Shown here: one piece after another, positions 55,628 through 64,000 of the stretch | How the letters are laid out: every line of letters begins with the position of its first letter | Position numbering within the stretch: the stretch's first letter is position 1 | Source of the DNA: an uncultured virus (IMG/VR IMGVR_UViG_3300028388_003769) | Taxonomy: Duplodnaviria > Heunggongvirae > Uroviricota > Caudoviricetes | Length of the DNA: 64,000 nucleotides | IMG/VR virus record: IMGVR_UViG_3300028388_003769 | Direction: 5' to 3' (one strand) | Position numbers and translations under genes: made by a program | The notes under the pieces: model-generated | The model's database searches: none | Seen by the model: the letters and a program-made list of their open reading frames with translations, nothing else | What the model was told of the DNA's origin: nothing

Positions 55628-55813
55628 TTAACCGTGTAAAATTTGACGATTATTACCTATTTGCTCAACTTTAGACTCATTATTAATAATCGTCTGCCGA
55701 GCAAACCTACCCAACTGTTCATCAGTTGGGTTGTTGTGGTGAATGTACAATCTGATGCTGTCGTATAGATGAGCTTTGCTTTCTAAAAGTTTTATTATTG
55801 CTTCGTTTTTCAT
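55628..55813 (-). CDS. hypothetical protein
   Basis: 61 aa ORF. Confidence 0.55.
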   Translation of the reverse strand: MKNEAIIKLLESKAHLYDSIRLYIHHNNPTDEQLGRFARQTIINNESKVEQIGNNRQILHG

Positions 55814-55839
55814 ATTACTTTTTTATTATAAATACCTAA

Positions 55840-56679
55840 CTACACTCCTGTAGTTTTATCCCAAGCAGATACGTGCAACCTACTAAGACCCACATACCCG
55901 TACTTCTTTGCCATTTCTAATGAAAATTTAGTTCTTTCGTGAAAGTTCTTTTGAGCATCTAATCCTGGCATTAAGATCACTCTTGTTGCAGGTATGTTAA
56001 ATGGTTTAATAAAATCTGTTTCAATTTCTTGTAGATCCTCTTCATTAGAAATAACAAACTTGAACCAATAATTTGAATGTTGCATAATACGCTTTAGTGC
56101 TCTAGGTACAATTCTTCGATCTTTTTCCATACCACTATTAGCTAGTTTAACCGAGCAATTTATCTGATTGATGTGTTTAAACAAATCGTCTTCAATATAT
56201 CCAGTTCCATTTGTTTCTATTTCGTTATAAAACTTTGGAGGATGCTCAGAACCCTGAAAAGAGTGGTGTTCATTACACCAATCAATAAAGCCGACTATAG
56301 CGTTAGCATTTGATCTTATAGTAGGCTCTCCTCCTGTCCATATTAAATGAACTCTACCTTGCATAATCCAATTAAACAGAAGGGGATGCTGCTCCATCCA
56401 TGATTCATATAGTTGTTGATAGGTTGTTTTTCCTCCATTTATCCATACGGGTAGAGTGTCGCAAGTCCAAGTTGCTTTACCTTGTTGATGTAAATCTCCC
56501 ATAAAATCTCCTGGGTCAAACTCTTCGAGACCTTGTTTCATACGTCGTAGCATATCCCTCGAAGCACCACAAGACAAGTTACAATTCATTAACCTGATAA
56601 AATATGCAGGGTATCCTGTACTTGCTCCTTCACACTGAACACTGTAAAAGTGTTCAGATATGTTTAAAGTATTGCTCAT
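55840..56679 (-). CDS. queE: 7-carboxy-7-deazaguanine synthase (radical SAM)
   Basis: E.FYSVQ.EG, FIRL..CNL.C...CDT, TGGEP, ETNG, KFVI, RLH. Confidence 0.9.
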   Translation of the reverse strand: MSNTLNISEHFYSVQCEGASTGYPAYFIRLMNCNLSCGASRDMLRRMKQGLEEFDPGDFMGDLHQQGKATWTCDTLPVWINGGKTTYQQLYESWMEQHPLLFNWIMQGRVHLIWTGGEPTIRSNANAIVGFIDWCNEHHSFQGSEHPPKFYNEIETNGTGYIEDDLFKHINQINCSVKLANSGMEKDRRIVPRALKRIMQHSNYWFKFVISNEEDLQEIETDFIKPFNIPATRVILMPGLDAQKNFHERTKFSLEMAKKYGYVGLSRLHVSAWDKTTGV

Positions 56680-56840
56680 AATTTATTTATTTTTTCATTT
56701 AAAATTAGTTGAAGTTTTTCAATTCTTACTTCTGTGTAGTCCACATCCATAGAGGACATGCAACACATCCTATTCTCATTTGCTATTTCCTGTAACAGAT
56801 TTAACATAGAAACCACCTCTTCTTCGGTTAGTTTAATCAT
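56676..56840 (-). CDS. 54-aa hypothetical protein (not in ORF track)
   Basis: MIKLTEEEVV...; ATGA overlaps with both neighbours. Confidence 0.55.
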   Translation of the reverse strand: MIKLTEEEVVSMLNLLQEIANENRMCCMSSMDVDYTEVRIEKLQLILNEKINKL

Positions 56841-57295
56841 AATAATCTAGATATTGTGTGTTCTCGTTCAAAAGTGCTACCACTTTCCCAAGGAAATACA
56901 ATCCAGGAATCTGTATACAGTTCAACTCCTATATAAGAACATTTAAAACTACTAGAAACTCTTTGCACTAAACAGGCTGTTTGTATTTGCAAACTAGAGG
57001 AAGATGTAATGTCCTTAAAAGTGTTACCTGAATCGTTAATATCATCAACAAGCAACACATCCGGTCTTATTGCATGTTCGTTAAATGGAACATATTTCAA
57101 GCTAGTAGCATGCGATAGAATGGTTGCTAAAATTAAACCTCCCCTAGGGATTCCTGCAACGTATTGTAGATGTTTGTAATCTGGACTACTGGAAACTTTG
57201 GCAGCAGTTGTTAGTGCTAAACTGTGTACAATGTCCCACGACAAGTGTGTAACTTCTTGTCCTGTGCTAGTTACTTTTGTTGTATTTTTTATCAT
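56837..57295 (-). CDS. type I phosphoribosyltransferase (purine PRT-like); start approximate
   Basis: SW, GIPRGG, LLVDDINDSGNT, WIVFPWE. Confidence 0.88.
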   Translation of the reverse strand: MIKNTTKVTSTGQEVTHLSWDIVHSLALTTAAKVSSSPDYKHLQYVAGIPRGGLILATILSHATSLKYVPFNEHAIRPDVLLVDDINDSGNTFKDITSSSSLQIQTACLVQRVSSSFKCSYIGVELYTDSWIVFPWESGSTFEREHTISRLL

Positions 57296-57767
57296 GATGC
57301 TTTCCTTTGCCATAATCTCCGTCATACTTGTGCAGAGTTTCTGCTTTGAATAATAGAAACTGTCCTATTCGAGTTCCTTTTTGTATAGCTGCAGGACCTC
57401 CGTTAACATGAAGCACTCCTGCCATAACTCCATGATATCCAGAATCATACAATCCAGACGTTAGAAATAAACCATTACGATTTAAGGTTGATCGAGTAAT
57501 AATAAATCCTGCTTCACCTTCTCCGACAACAACTTCTCCTTTCATTATTACTTCGTAACTACCTGGTTTTAACTTATAATACCCTTCAGCATTTGGTTGG
57601 ACAATCCTGGATCCTCTGTGTATCTTTTTAGTTTCGTCCAATACAAAAGGTCTTTTCTCTAAAGCAAAAACTAGATCTAAACGTACGTCAATAGCATTTG
57701 GTTGAATATCAGACAGATCATATTGTGTTAGTTGTGAATTTGAATCTTTTGAGTGTATGTGTATCAT
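57267..57767 (-). CDS. trimeric dUTPase/dCTP deaminase family
   Basis: QPNAIDVRL, RSTLNRNG, YDSGYHG, RIGQ. Confidence 0.88.
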   Translation of the reverse strand: MIHIHSKDSNSQLTQYDLSDIQPNAIDVRLDLVFALEKRPFVLDETKKIHRGSRIVQPNAEGYYKLKPGSYEVIMKGEVVVGEGEAGFIITRSTLNRNGLFLTSGLYDSGYHGVMAGVLHVNGGPAAIQKGTRIGQFLLFKAETLHKYDGDYGKGKHHDKKYNKSN

Positions 57768-57773
57768 GTTGTT

Positions 57774-58178
57774 TTATGTGTTTTGTTTAGACTTTTTAAA
57801 TACTATATCTCTAGAATCAAAAACTCCACCTGTCCAATCTGCATTTGATTCTGGCAATTTAATTGTTTGATATTCCTTATTATTAGATTCTAAAAAATCC
57901 ATTCGATGTTTGTCTTCATAATGCATTAGTAGTATTATATAATGAATTGCTTTAAGTAGGTCTTTTCTGTTTTTTCCTTGCTTTTTACCATATCGCATTA
58001 GGTATTTAATAGCGGTCCCTCGACACATAGCCTGCGATACGTTCATACTATCCCACACGTCCAACACTTGAATTCCTTTTTTATTCTGATTATAGTGTTG
58101 ATCGTAGGTGTTCTTAATATACTCCAACGCTTCAGTAAGGTGTTTATCTTCGTTGTATTTAAAATTATTATTTTCCAT
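57774..58178 (-). CDS. DUF3310-like putative nucleotide kinase
   Basis: TY.QHY, AIKYLMRYGKK.G....DLLKAIHY. Confidence 0.8.
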   Translation of the reverse strand: MENNNFKYNEDKHLTEALEYIKNTYDQHYNQNKKGIQVLDVWDSMNVSQAMCRGTAIKYLMRYGKKQGKNRKDLLKAIHYIILLMHYEDKHRMDFLESNNKEYQTIKLPESNADWTGGVFDSRDIVFKKSKQNT

Positions 58179-59037
58179 ATTTCTGTACTAGATTATCTAT
58201 ATGTTTAATATTATTATAAACTACGCTATCGTTTAGTGTTCTACTATCATGATCCCATTCAAAGTCTACTTCAACTTCATACTTTCCATGAACTAAACCA
58301 GTCGGAGAGTTATCAAACTCAATACCGTTACATCCACACCATATGGCAGCTGAACTGTCCCACGAAGAGAAGTAATGAAGCCAACGTGATAGTAGTTGGA
58401 TCTCGTTAGGTCCGTCCGTCATTCCAAGCAAATGCAACTTAGGTCTATGTTTTGGCAAAAGATCTAACCAGGCTTCAAAGAAACCCCTGTCTTCTAATAT
58501 ACTTAAAAATTTCCACCTTGACAACATTCTTTGTAATTTATTTCCCTTTTCAACACCAAATGCATTAGGAATAGCTAGTATAGAAAATCCAATATAATCT
58601 ATTAAGTGGTAATGTGCTAATCCCCAAAAAAAACATTCAATAAGATCTTCTATATCTCTAATTTTTGATTGCGGTATAAAAAAAGTACCAAATCCAGCTT
58701 GATGAATATCAAAAGCAACGTCTGCTGCTGCTTGTTTTGTGCGATCAGATGGTTCATTGGGATAATCAGACATTGCTATGTAGTCTGCTTGTATACGATG
58801 ACCCATTTCAATTAACTTTTCTGTAGGGTACATGTCTTTACCTTGCTTGTACATCTCGAAAGCTGAGTTGTCCATGATGTTTATCATGTTGTTGTTTGCA
58901 CGTTTTTCTTTAACATACCATCGCACATACTCAGGACTGCTTTCTACTAAATGAGCTAATGTTAGGTGAATCGGTCTGTTTTTTACAAACTGTAAGTACT
59001 TTACTGGTGCTATGTGACAAAATGATTTACTTTCCAT
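58168..59037 (-). CDS. TGT-like TIM-barrel protein, candidate DpdA DNA deazaguanine transglycosylase
   Basis: IMDNSAFE, LHLLG, SWDSS motifs; adjacent to folE and queD. Confidence 0.65.
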   Translation of the reverse strand: MESKSFCHIAPVKYLQFVKNRPIHLTLAHLVESSPEYVRWYVKEKRANNNMINIMDNSAFEMYKQGKDMYPTEKLIEMGHRIQADYIAMSDYPNEPSDRTKQAAADVAFDIHQAGFGTFFIPQSKIRDIEDLIECFFWGLAHYHLIDYIGFSILAIPNAFGVEKGNKLQRMLSRWKFLSILEDRGFFEAWLDLLPKHRPKLHLLGMTDGPNEIQLLSRWLHYFSSWDSSAAIWCGCNGIEFDNSPTGLVHGKYEVEVDFEWDHDSRTLNDSVVYNNIKHIDNLVQKYGK

Positions 59038-59054
59038 AATATATTATTTATTTC

Positions 59055-59540
59055 TTACAGTGTGAGTGGTTTATATTCTAATACCGCACCATTTTCTCCA
59101 TCTTCTGAAACTTCTACAGACATGCTGCGTTTAGATGAGTAGTTCTGTAAAAGATAATCCAATATCTCCTCAGCTAACATTTCACAAGATTTATAATCTA
59201 ATTCCAACTTTCCTGGATCGTATAGATTTTCTAATTCTCTTTTTAGCATTATAAACTCAATGTCACGATTGTTATGCTCAACTTCAATTTTTACTTTAAA
59301 GTGAAATATGTGTCTATGTGGATATCTCAAAAACTTTACCTCTTCAGGAGCATCAGGATATTTGTGAATTCCTTCCTTTTTAAAAGTAATCCATATATAT
59401 CTCTTCAACTCATAGGTCTTGTAGTAACGATGAGAACCTTCATCAATAGATAGTGTGGCAGTCTCGTGTTTTGACTGTTCACTACCTTGCGTACGAGGTT
59501 CACGATCTTGTTTATGTTTGTTAATGTTTTTATTATTCAC
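59055..59540 (-). CDS. queD: 6-carboxytetrahydropterin synthase-like (T-fold)
   Basis: EGIH, HRHIFH, SCEMLA, VEVSEDGENGA. Confidence 0.8.
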   Translation of the reverse strand: MNNKNINKHKQDREPRTQGSEQSKHETATLSIDEGSHRYYKTYELKRYIWITFKKEGIHKYPDAPEEVKFLRYPHRHIFHFKVKIEVEHNNRDIEFIMLKRELENLYDPGKLELDYKSCEMLAEEILDYLLQNYSSKRSMSVEVSEDGENGAVLEYKPLTL

Positions 59541-60216
59541 ACTTTAGATTATTAGCTATTAACGAAAACCATTCATTCTTTACAGACGGATTATAAAACT
59601 GACCACTAAGTACAGTGGTTTGTGTAAGTGAGCAATGAGCATTTACTCCTCTATTTTCCATACAACCGTGAGTACCGTGTATATAAACACCAACATCCTT
59701 AGTTCCTGTGTGTTTAATTACAGCATCGCTTATCTGTCTTGTAAGCTCTTCTTGCAACGTTCCACGTCTAGCATACCACTGTGCAAGTCTAACATACTTA
59801 GACAAGCCTATAACATGAGTTGCTGGGATCAAGCCTATAAATGCAATACCTTTTACAGGCTGGTGATGGTGTGAGCACATAGAAACTATTTCAGCTCTGA
59901 TATTTAAAATGCCCGTATATCGGTCTTTGGGGTTGTCGTTAGGAAATGCTGTAATGTTGGGCGGTTCTGTGTATCTACCAGACATAAGTTCATTGAAATA
60001 CATCTTAGCCATTCGTCGAGCTGTGTCTTGTGAGTTTGGATCATTCTTACGATCTATCAAAAGAGTATCCAACACACCTTCAAATTTTTCGGTTAGCTCG
60101 TCTATTAACTCAGCTTTTTCCTGTTCACCGACAAACTCCCAAATAGTATCACTAGCAAAATAGCGCTTTCCATGAGACTCCATACGGTCTCTTATTACTT
60201 TTGAAACTTCTTTCAT
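59533..60216 (-). CDS. folE: GTP cyclohydrolase I
   Basis: SMCSHH, GLSK..R, LQE.LT, H.CM..RG. Confidence 0.95.
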   Translation of the reverse strand: MKEVSKVIRDRMESHGKRYFASDTIWEFVGEQEKAELIDELTEKFEGVLDTLLIDRKNDPNSQDTARRMAKMYFNELMSGRYTEPPNITAFPNDNPKDRYTGILNIRAEIVSMCSHHHQPVKGIAFIGLIPATHVIGLSKYVRLAQWYARRGTLQEELTRQISDAVIKHTGTKDVGVYIHGTHGCMENRGVNAHCSLTQTTVLSGQFYNPSVKNEWFSLIANNLKCE

Positions 60217-60242
60217 TTACTTGTAACTTTATTAAAAAATAA

Positions 60243-61892
60243 TTAAGATTCACATGCAACACACTCGAGAAGGTTTCTTCCAACCTGTTGAGCGTTGTTT
60301 ACTGATCTTTGATAATATAACGTTTTTATTCCAGATTTCCAAGCAATTAAGTAAAGATTATTTAAATCTTTTAACTCTATGTTATTAGTGTTAATCATAA
60401 GATTCAAAGACTGACCCTGATCAATATATTTTTGGCGAATGCTAGCTTGTCTGATTACAGCCAATTGAGACACTTCTTCAAAAGTTCTAAATACATCTTT
60501 CTCTTGCTCTGATAGAAAATCTAAATGTTGCACAGAGCCTCCTCTGCGTGAAATGCTCTGCCACACTTCAGGAGTGTCTTTGTTCTTTTTTTGTAACACT
60601 TTTTTTAATTCTGGATTTTTGAAAGTCCACTTTCCTTTTGCAGTGTCTTTTATAAAGTAATTAGATGCAAGAGGTTCTATACTTGGTGAAACTTGACCTA
60701 GTATAAAAGAAGAGCTTGTTGTAGGTGCTATAGCTAGTCGTGTTGTAAATCTCTCACCATAACCTTTTAGCATTTTAGGCTCACCATACTTATGTGCTAA
60801 CTCGTGACTGGCTTTAACAGACTTTCTGTGAATGAATTGAAATATCTCAGAAGTAATGTAATTAGCTGCTAGATCATCAAATGGAAGACTTTTACTCTGC
60901 AAGTAGCTGTGCCATCCTAGGACACCAACTCCTATACTTCTGTGTTCTTTAGCAAACTTTACAGCTTTTTCCATATATGGAATTTTGGAAGCTTTTTGTA
61001 TAAAGTCAGTTAAAACACTATCCAAAAAGTAGTGTAGTGTTTCTACAGCATCGGTTTCTTTAAACTCATCAAAGTGTAGCAAATTCAAACTACTCAAACA
61101 ACAAGTAAATGACTTTTCCTCATCACTATACTCCATAATCTCTGTACACATTTGACTATGCTTGATAGCGATATCTTTATCTTTATAGACTTGAGGCTTG
61201 TTATTATTTACATTGTCTTCAAAAAAGATGAAAGGATACCCAGTCTCACTCCTTCTCTGCAAGATCAGTGCCCATATCCTTCGCTTTTCCTCATCTCCAT
61301 CTATCATAGACTGCATCCATCCAGGAGGAATAGTGACTGCTGTTGAAAGGGTTTTTATAGGATGGCCTTCTGTTCTACATCTTAAAAATTCCTCTATGTC
61401 TGCATGATCTATTGGTAGGTATGCTGCAAAGTGTCCTCGACGAGCTTCTCCTTGAGTAACCACAGAGGTTGTTGCTTGAAAAGCTTCCATAAAATGAACT
61501 GGACCTCCACTCTTGCCTTTACCTTTAATTTGAGATCCTCTAGGTCTTAAATTACCAAAATAGCCTGCTGTTCCTCCTCCATTGGATGTCATCATCCCTA
61601 TTTCAGAAACAGATCTTAAAATATCAGGTAAGTGGTCTTGGATCGTAATTCCAAAACATGAAATTCCTAATCCTCTATCTAAACCAAAGTTTAACCAAAT
61701 AGGAGTGGCTAGAGAGTAGTATCCTCGTGCTACGTAGTCTTCAAACTTATCTGCAAATCCTTTTATTTGTAGTATGCTCTCTGCATGTTCTGCTATCTGC
61801 CTAATCCGCTGCTGTGGAGTTACGTCTTTTTGTAAATAGCCTCGTTTTAAAAACGAGATTGATTGTTCATTGAGCCATTGATATTGTGCCAT
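60243..61892 (-). CDS. nrdA: class I ribonucleotide reductase alpha subunit
   Basis: ISCF, RRG..A.YL, SQMCTEI, TCCLSS, IAPT.SSS, DQGQSLN, LYY, C-terminal CxxC. Confidence 0.95.
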   Translation of the reverse strand: MAQYQWLNEQSISFLKRGYLQKDVTPQQRIRQIAEHAESILQIKGFADKFEDYVARGYYSLATPIWLNFGLDRGLGISCFGITIQDHLPDILRSVSEIGMMTSNGGGTAGYFGNLRPRGSQIKGKGKSGGPVHFMEAFQATTSVVTQGEARRGHFAAYLPIDHADIEEFLRCRTEGHPIKTLSTAVTIPPGWMQSMIDGDEEKRRIWALILQRRSETGYPFIFFEDNVNNNKPQVYKDKDIAIKHSQMCTEIMEYSDEEKSFTCCLSSLNLLHFDEFKETDAVETLHYFLDSVLTDFIQKASKIPYMEKAVKFAKEHRSIGVGVLGWHSYLQSKSLPFDDLAANYITSEIFQFIHRKSVKASHELAHKYGEPKMLKGYGERFTTRLAIAPTTSSSFILGQVSPSIEPLASNYFIKDTAKGKWTFKNPELKKVLQKKNKDTPEVWQSISRRGGSVQHLDFLSEQEKDVFRTFEEVSQLAVIRQASIRQKYIDQGQSLNLMINTNNIELKDLNNLYLIAWKSGIKTLYYQRSVNNAQQVGRNLLECVACES

Positions 61893-61915
61893 TGTTGGTT
61901 GTGTTTTTGGTTATG

Positions 61916-62893
61916 TTAAAAAAGCTTGTCGGAGCTGAAAGAGCGCATTTTGCGTTGATACTCTATTGGTTTCTTATAAAAGAAATCTGTTAGTGCTGAA
62001 GCGAATACTTCGTCCTCCATCCATTGGGTTTGTTCTATATAGTGGGGCTCTACTTGAAAAACTTCCTTCAATCCTATACGCACTAAGGACTCATTTAGTC
62101 TTCTTTTAACGTATGCTTTTAAAATATCTTGTGAAACAAACTCATTAGAATAATCTCCAACCATCCATTCAATCAAGTTACACTCAGCCATATACGCTTC
62201 TATTGACTCCTCTATAATTCGTTGTTCAAACTCCTCATCAAAAATCTCAGGATGCTCTTTACGAATTTGAGTAAGAAGTGCCATACCTCCTTCAGCATGT
62301 AAGTTTTCTTCCTTAGAAGTGTACTGTACTACGTTAGCCATGTCCTTTAGAATTCCTCTAAATCTATTAAAACCTAATATAATAAAGAACTGGCTAAATA
62401 GAGATACGTTTTCAGTAAAAAGAGTAAACAGTGCTAATGAATAGCATATGTTTTTGCGGTCGTCTTCGTAGTGCTTATTTATATATTTGTTAAGATACCT
62501 AACTCGTCCTTTGATAAACTCCTCGCTAAGTATGTTTTGAAACTCATCATTAAAGCCTAGTTTATTTAAAATCTCTGAGTAAGCTCTACTGTGAATTACT
62601 TCTATACCTCCAAACACAGCTCCCATATCACCAATTTCAGGTTTGGGAATTAACTTACCAATGTTAGACCAGTAGCTCTTAACAGCAACTTCGACTTGAC
62701 TAATCAATAAACTAGCTCGTTTAATCAACTCTTGTTCTTGCTTACTCAGTTTTGTATTATAGTCTTGAACATCGCTAGAAAAAGTAAACTCATTTACAGT
62801 CCAATGACCGGCCCACATAGCTTCTATTAAAGGTTTTGATATAAAGTCATACTCGAACGGTTTGTAGTTATCTCTTGGTGTAAATATAGACAT
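61916..62893 (-). CDS. nrdB: ribonucleotide reductase beta subunit
   Basis: EVIHSRAY, ENVSLFSQF, EENLH, DFF.....Y. Confidence 0.95.
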   Translation of the reverse strand: MSIFTPRDNYKPFEYDFISKPLIEAMWAGHWTVNEFTFSSDVQDYNTKLSKQEQELIKRASLLISQVEVAVKSYWSNIGKLIPKPEIGDMGAVFGGIEVIHSRAYSEILNKLGFNDEFQNILSEEFIKGRVRYLNKYINKHYEDDRKNICYSLALFTLFTENVSLFSQFFIILGFNRFRGILKDMANVVQYTSKEENLHAEGGMALLTQIRKEHPEIFDEEFEQRIIEESIEAYMAECNLIEWMVGDYSNEFVSQDILKAYVKRRLNESLVRIGLKEVFQVEPHYIEQTQWMEDEVFASALTDFFYKKPIEYQRKMRSFSSDKLF

Positions 62894-62907
62894 ATTGTAT
62901 TTTTAAT

Positions 62908-63453
62908 TTATGAAAAAATAACTGCTACTACTATGCTCAGTATAGCAAGCGGTATTCGTAGGTTTCTATCCCACCTAGGTACTGCTATACCTAATAGTGG
63001 AATTTTATAAAACCTTCCAGTAGGATCCTCAGTTCTAATACTAGTGAAGTGTAGTCCTGATCCTAAATTTATAAATCCCTTATGCAGTACTAATCCTGGA
63101 TAGACTGAGCATATTATCATTATTAGATCACCACCTAACAGTAGCATGAATCCCATAGCACATGGCATTATCAACGTCTCCCATAAATGAATGTCTGAAA
63201 AGGCTGCTAGTGGTTCTAAGAAAGATTGCATAACCATTATGCAACTTAAAATAGAAAAAATAAATAAAAAGCTAGTTAGCATAAGTTGTAGTGTGGACTG
63301 TGGTAAGCTGTGAGAAAATAACACCATAATAGTTAGTGTTATAACTAATACCATAGTAGAAACTACCATAGCTAAATACCTTTCTGCATAACCAAATCCA
63401 TTCTGCGCTCCAGATAGCGCACGCAGGACTATCAGGGATAGTAACTCAAACAT
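62908..63453 (-). CDS. multi-pass membrane protein
   Basis: several hydrophobic helices. Confidence 0.7.
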   Translation of the reverse strand: MFELLSLIVLRALSGAQNGFGYAERYLAMVVSTMVLVITLTIMVLFSHSLPQSTLQLMLTSFLFIFSILSCIMVMQSFLEPLAAFSDIHLWETLIMPCAMGFMLLLGGDLIMIICSVYPGLVLHKGFINLGSGLHFTSIRTEDPTGRFYKIPLLGIAVPRWDRNLRIPLAILSIVVAVIFS

Positions 63454-63503
63454 TTTAGGAAAATTTATTATTGTATCGTTGTGTTAATAAATAGGGACTT
63501 TTA

Positions 63504-64000
63504 TTATTGATCTTGTTGTTTTTCTTTAAAAAAGTCATAATATTTTCTTTTTAAATCATTGCGAACTTGATTAGACCCTTCAGACCGGTCTTGTCTAGTC
63601 TGTATCGCTTGATGACTTGTTGGTTTAAATATTTGTATATTTCCATTAGCTGCATTAAACTTACTTGGAAATGACAATCCGTCTGGACCGAATCTGTTTT
63701 TGATAATATGAACCATAGCAGTATCTGCTAATTTATCCTCTGTCCTTCTAGCCATACTCAGTATAAAATCACCAGTAAATGCTTTACTTATATCTTCAGA
63801 TATAGCTGTTGCATCTACAACTTCAGAATCTATTGAGGATCGGTTACTTTGGGAAGCTGTCCAAACAGGACAATTATACTCCCCAGCTATGTTTCTCAAG
63901 CCTTCATAGATGCCTCGTAGTTCAAGTCTCAACTCCTTAGCGTTTCCTTTTAGTAGGTCAGCATAATCGACTATAATAACATCAGGTTCGAAGTTCATAA
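63504..64000 (-). CDS. DnaB-like (SF4) replicative helicase, C-terminal part
   Basis: IIVDYADLL, WTASQ.NR, KNRFG; 5' part outside window. Confidence 0.9.
   Translation of the reverse strand, partial: MNFEPDVIIVDYADLLKGNAKELRLELRGIYEGLRNIAGEYNCPVWTASQSNRSSIDSEVVDATAISEDISKAFTGDFILSMARRTEDKLADTAMVHIIKNRFGPDGLSFPSKFNAANGNIQIFKPTSHQAIQTRQDRSEGSNQVRNDLKRKYYDFFKEKQQDQ

Noticed and set aside
2089..61407. Plus-strand ORFs in the ORF track
   Set aside because: They are antisense shadows of well-supported minus-strand genes or RNAs and show no recognisable motifs.
52199..62893. Inteins or introns in polA, nrdA or nrdB
   Set aside because: ORFs are continuous and of ordinary or compact length, with no splice-junction motifs seen.
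1..64000. Stop-codon reassignment
   Set aside because: Long conserved genes are intact under the standard code, TAA/TAG/TGA all end genes, and no suppressor anticodon was found.

Overview
A 64-kb segment of a large, AT-rich dsDNA tailed phage. The host is probably Bacteroidota, judged from TTG-N19-21-TAnnTTT(A) promoters and A-rich leaders with no obvious Shine-Dalgarno site. Essentially all genes lie on the minus strand and use the standard code. Layout: (1) 1-11.1 kb, an early/host-takeover-like array of small ORFs, each with its own repeated promoter-hairpin unit, plus a 78-bp element in three copies; (2) 11.1-12.2 kb, non-coding; (3) 12-16.6 kb, envelope proteins and RtcB; (4) 16.6-22.4 kb, 24 tRNA/tRNA-like genes (19 amino acids, no Lys found) and a circularly permuted two-piece tmRNA; (5) 22.4-33.5 kb, hypothetical proteins, an S8 protease, a 3D-domain protein and an HNH-like gene; (6) 33.5-50.4 kb, a glycosylation/nucleotide-sugar cluster; (7) 50.9-64 kb, a PD-(D/E)XK nuclease, a family A DNA polymerase, 7-deazaguanine genes (queE, dpdA-like, queD, folE), nrdAB and a DnaB-like helicase fragment. 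The best candidate for a new system is translation-sensing control of phage tRNA genes. An unannotated 33-codon leader (..YTDYGCVDYWGTCY..) with a complete terminator/antiterminator sits directly upstream of tRNAs for Trp, Asp, Tyr, Gly, Thr and Cys. Two further mini-ORFs match their own downstream tRNA blocks. All calls come from reading the sequence and recognising motifs by eye; no searches or folding programs were run.
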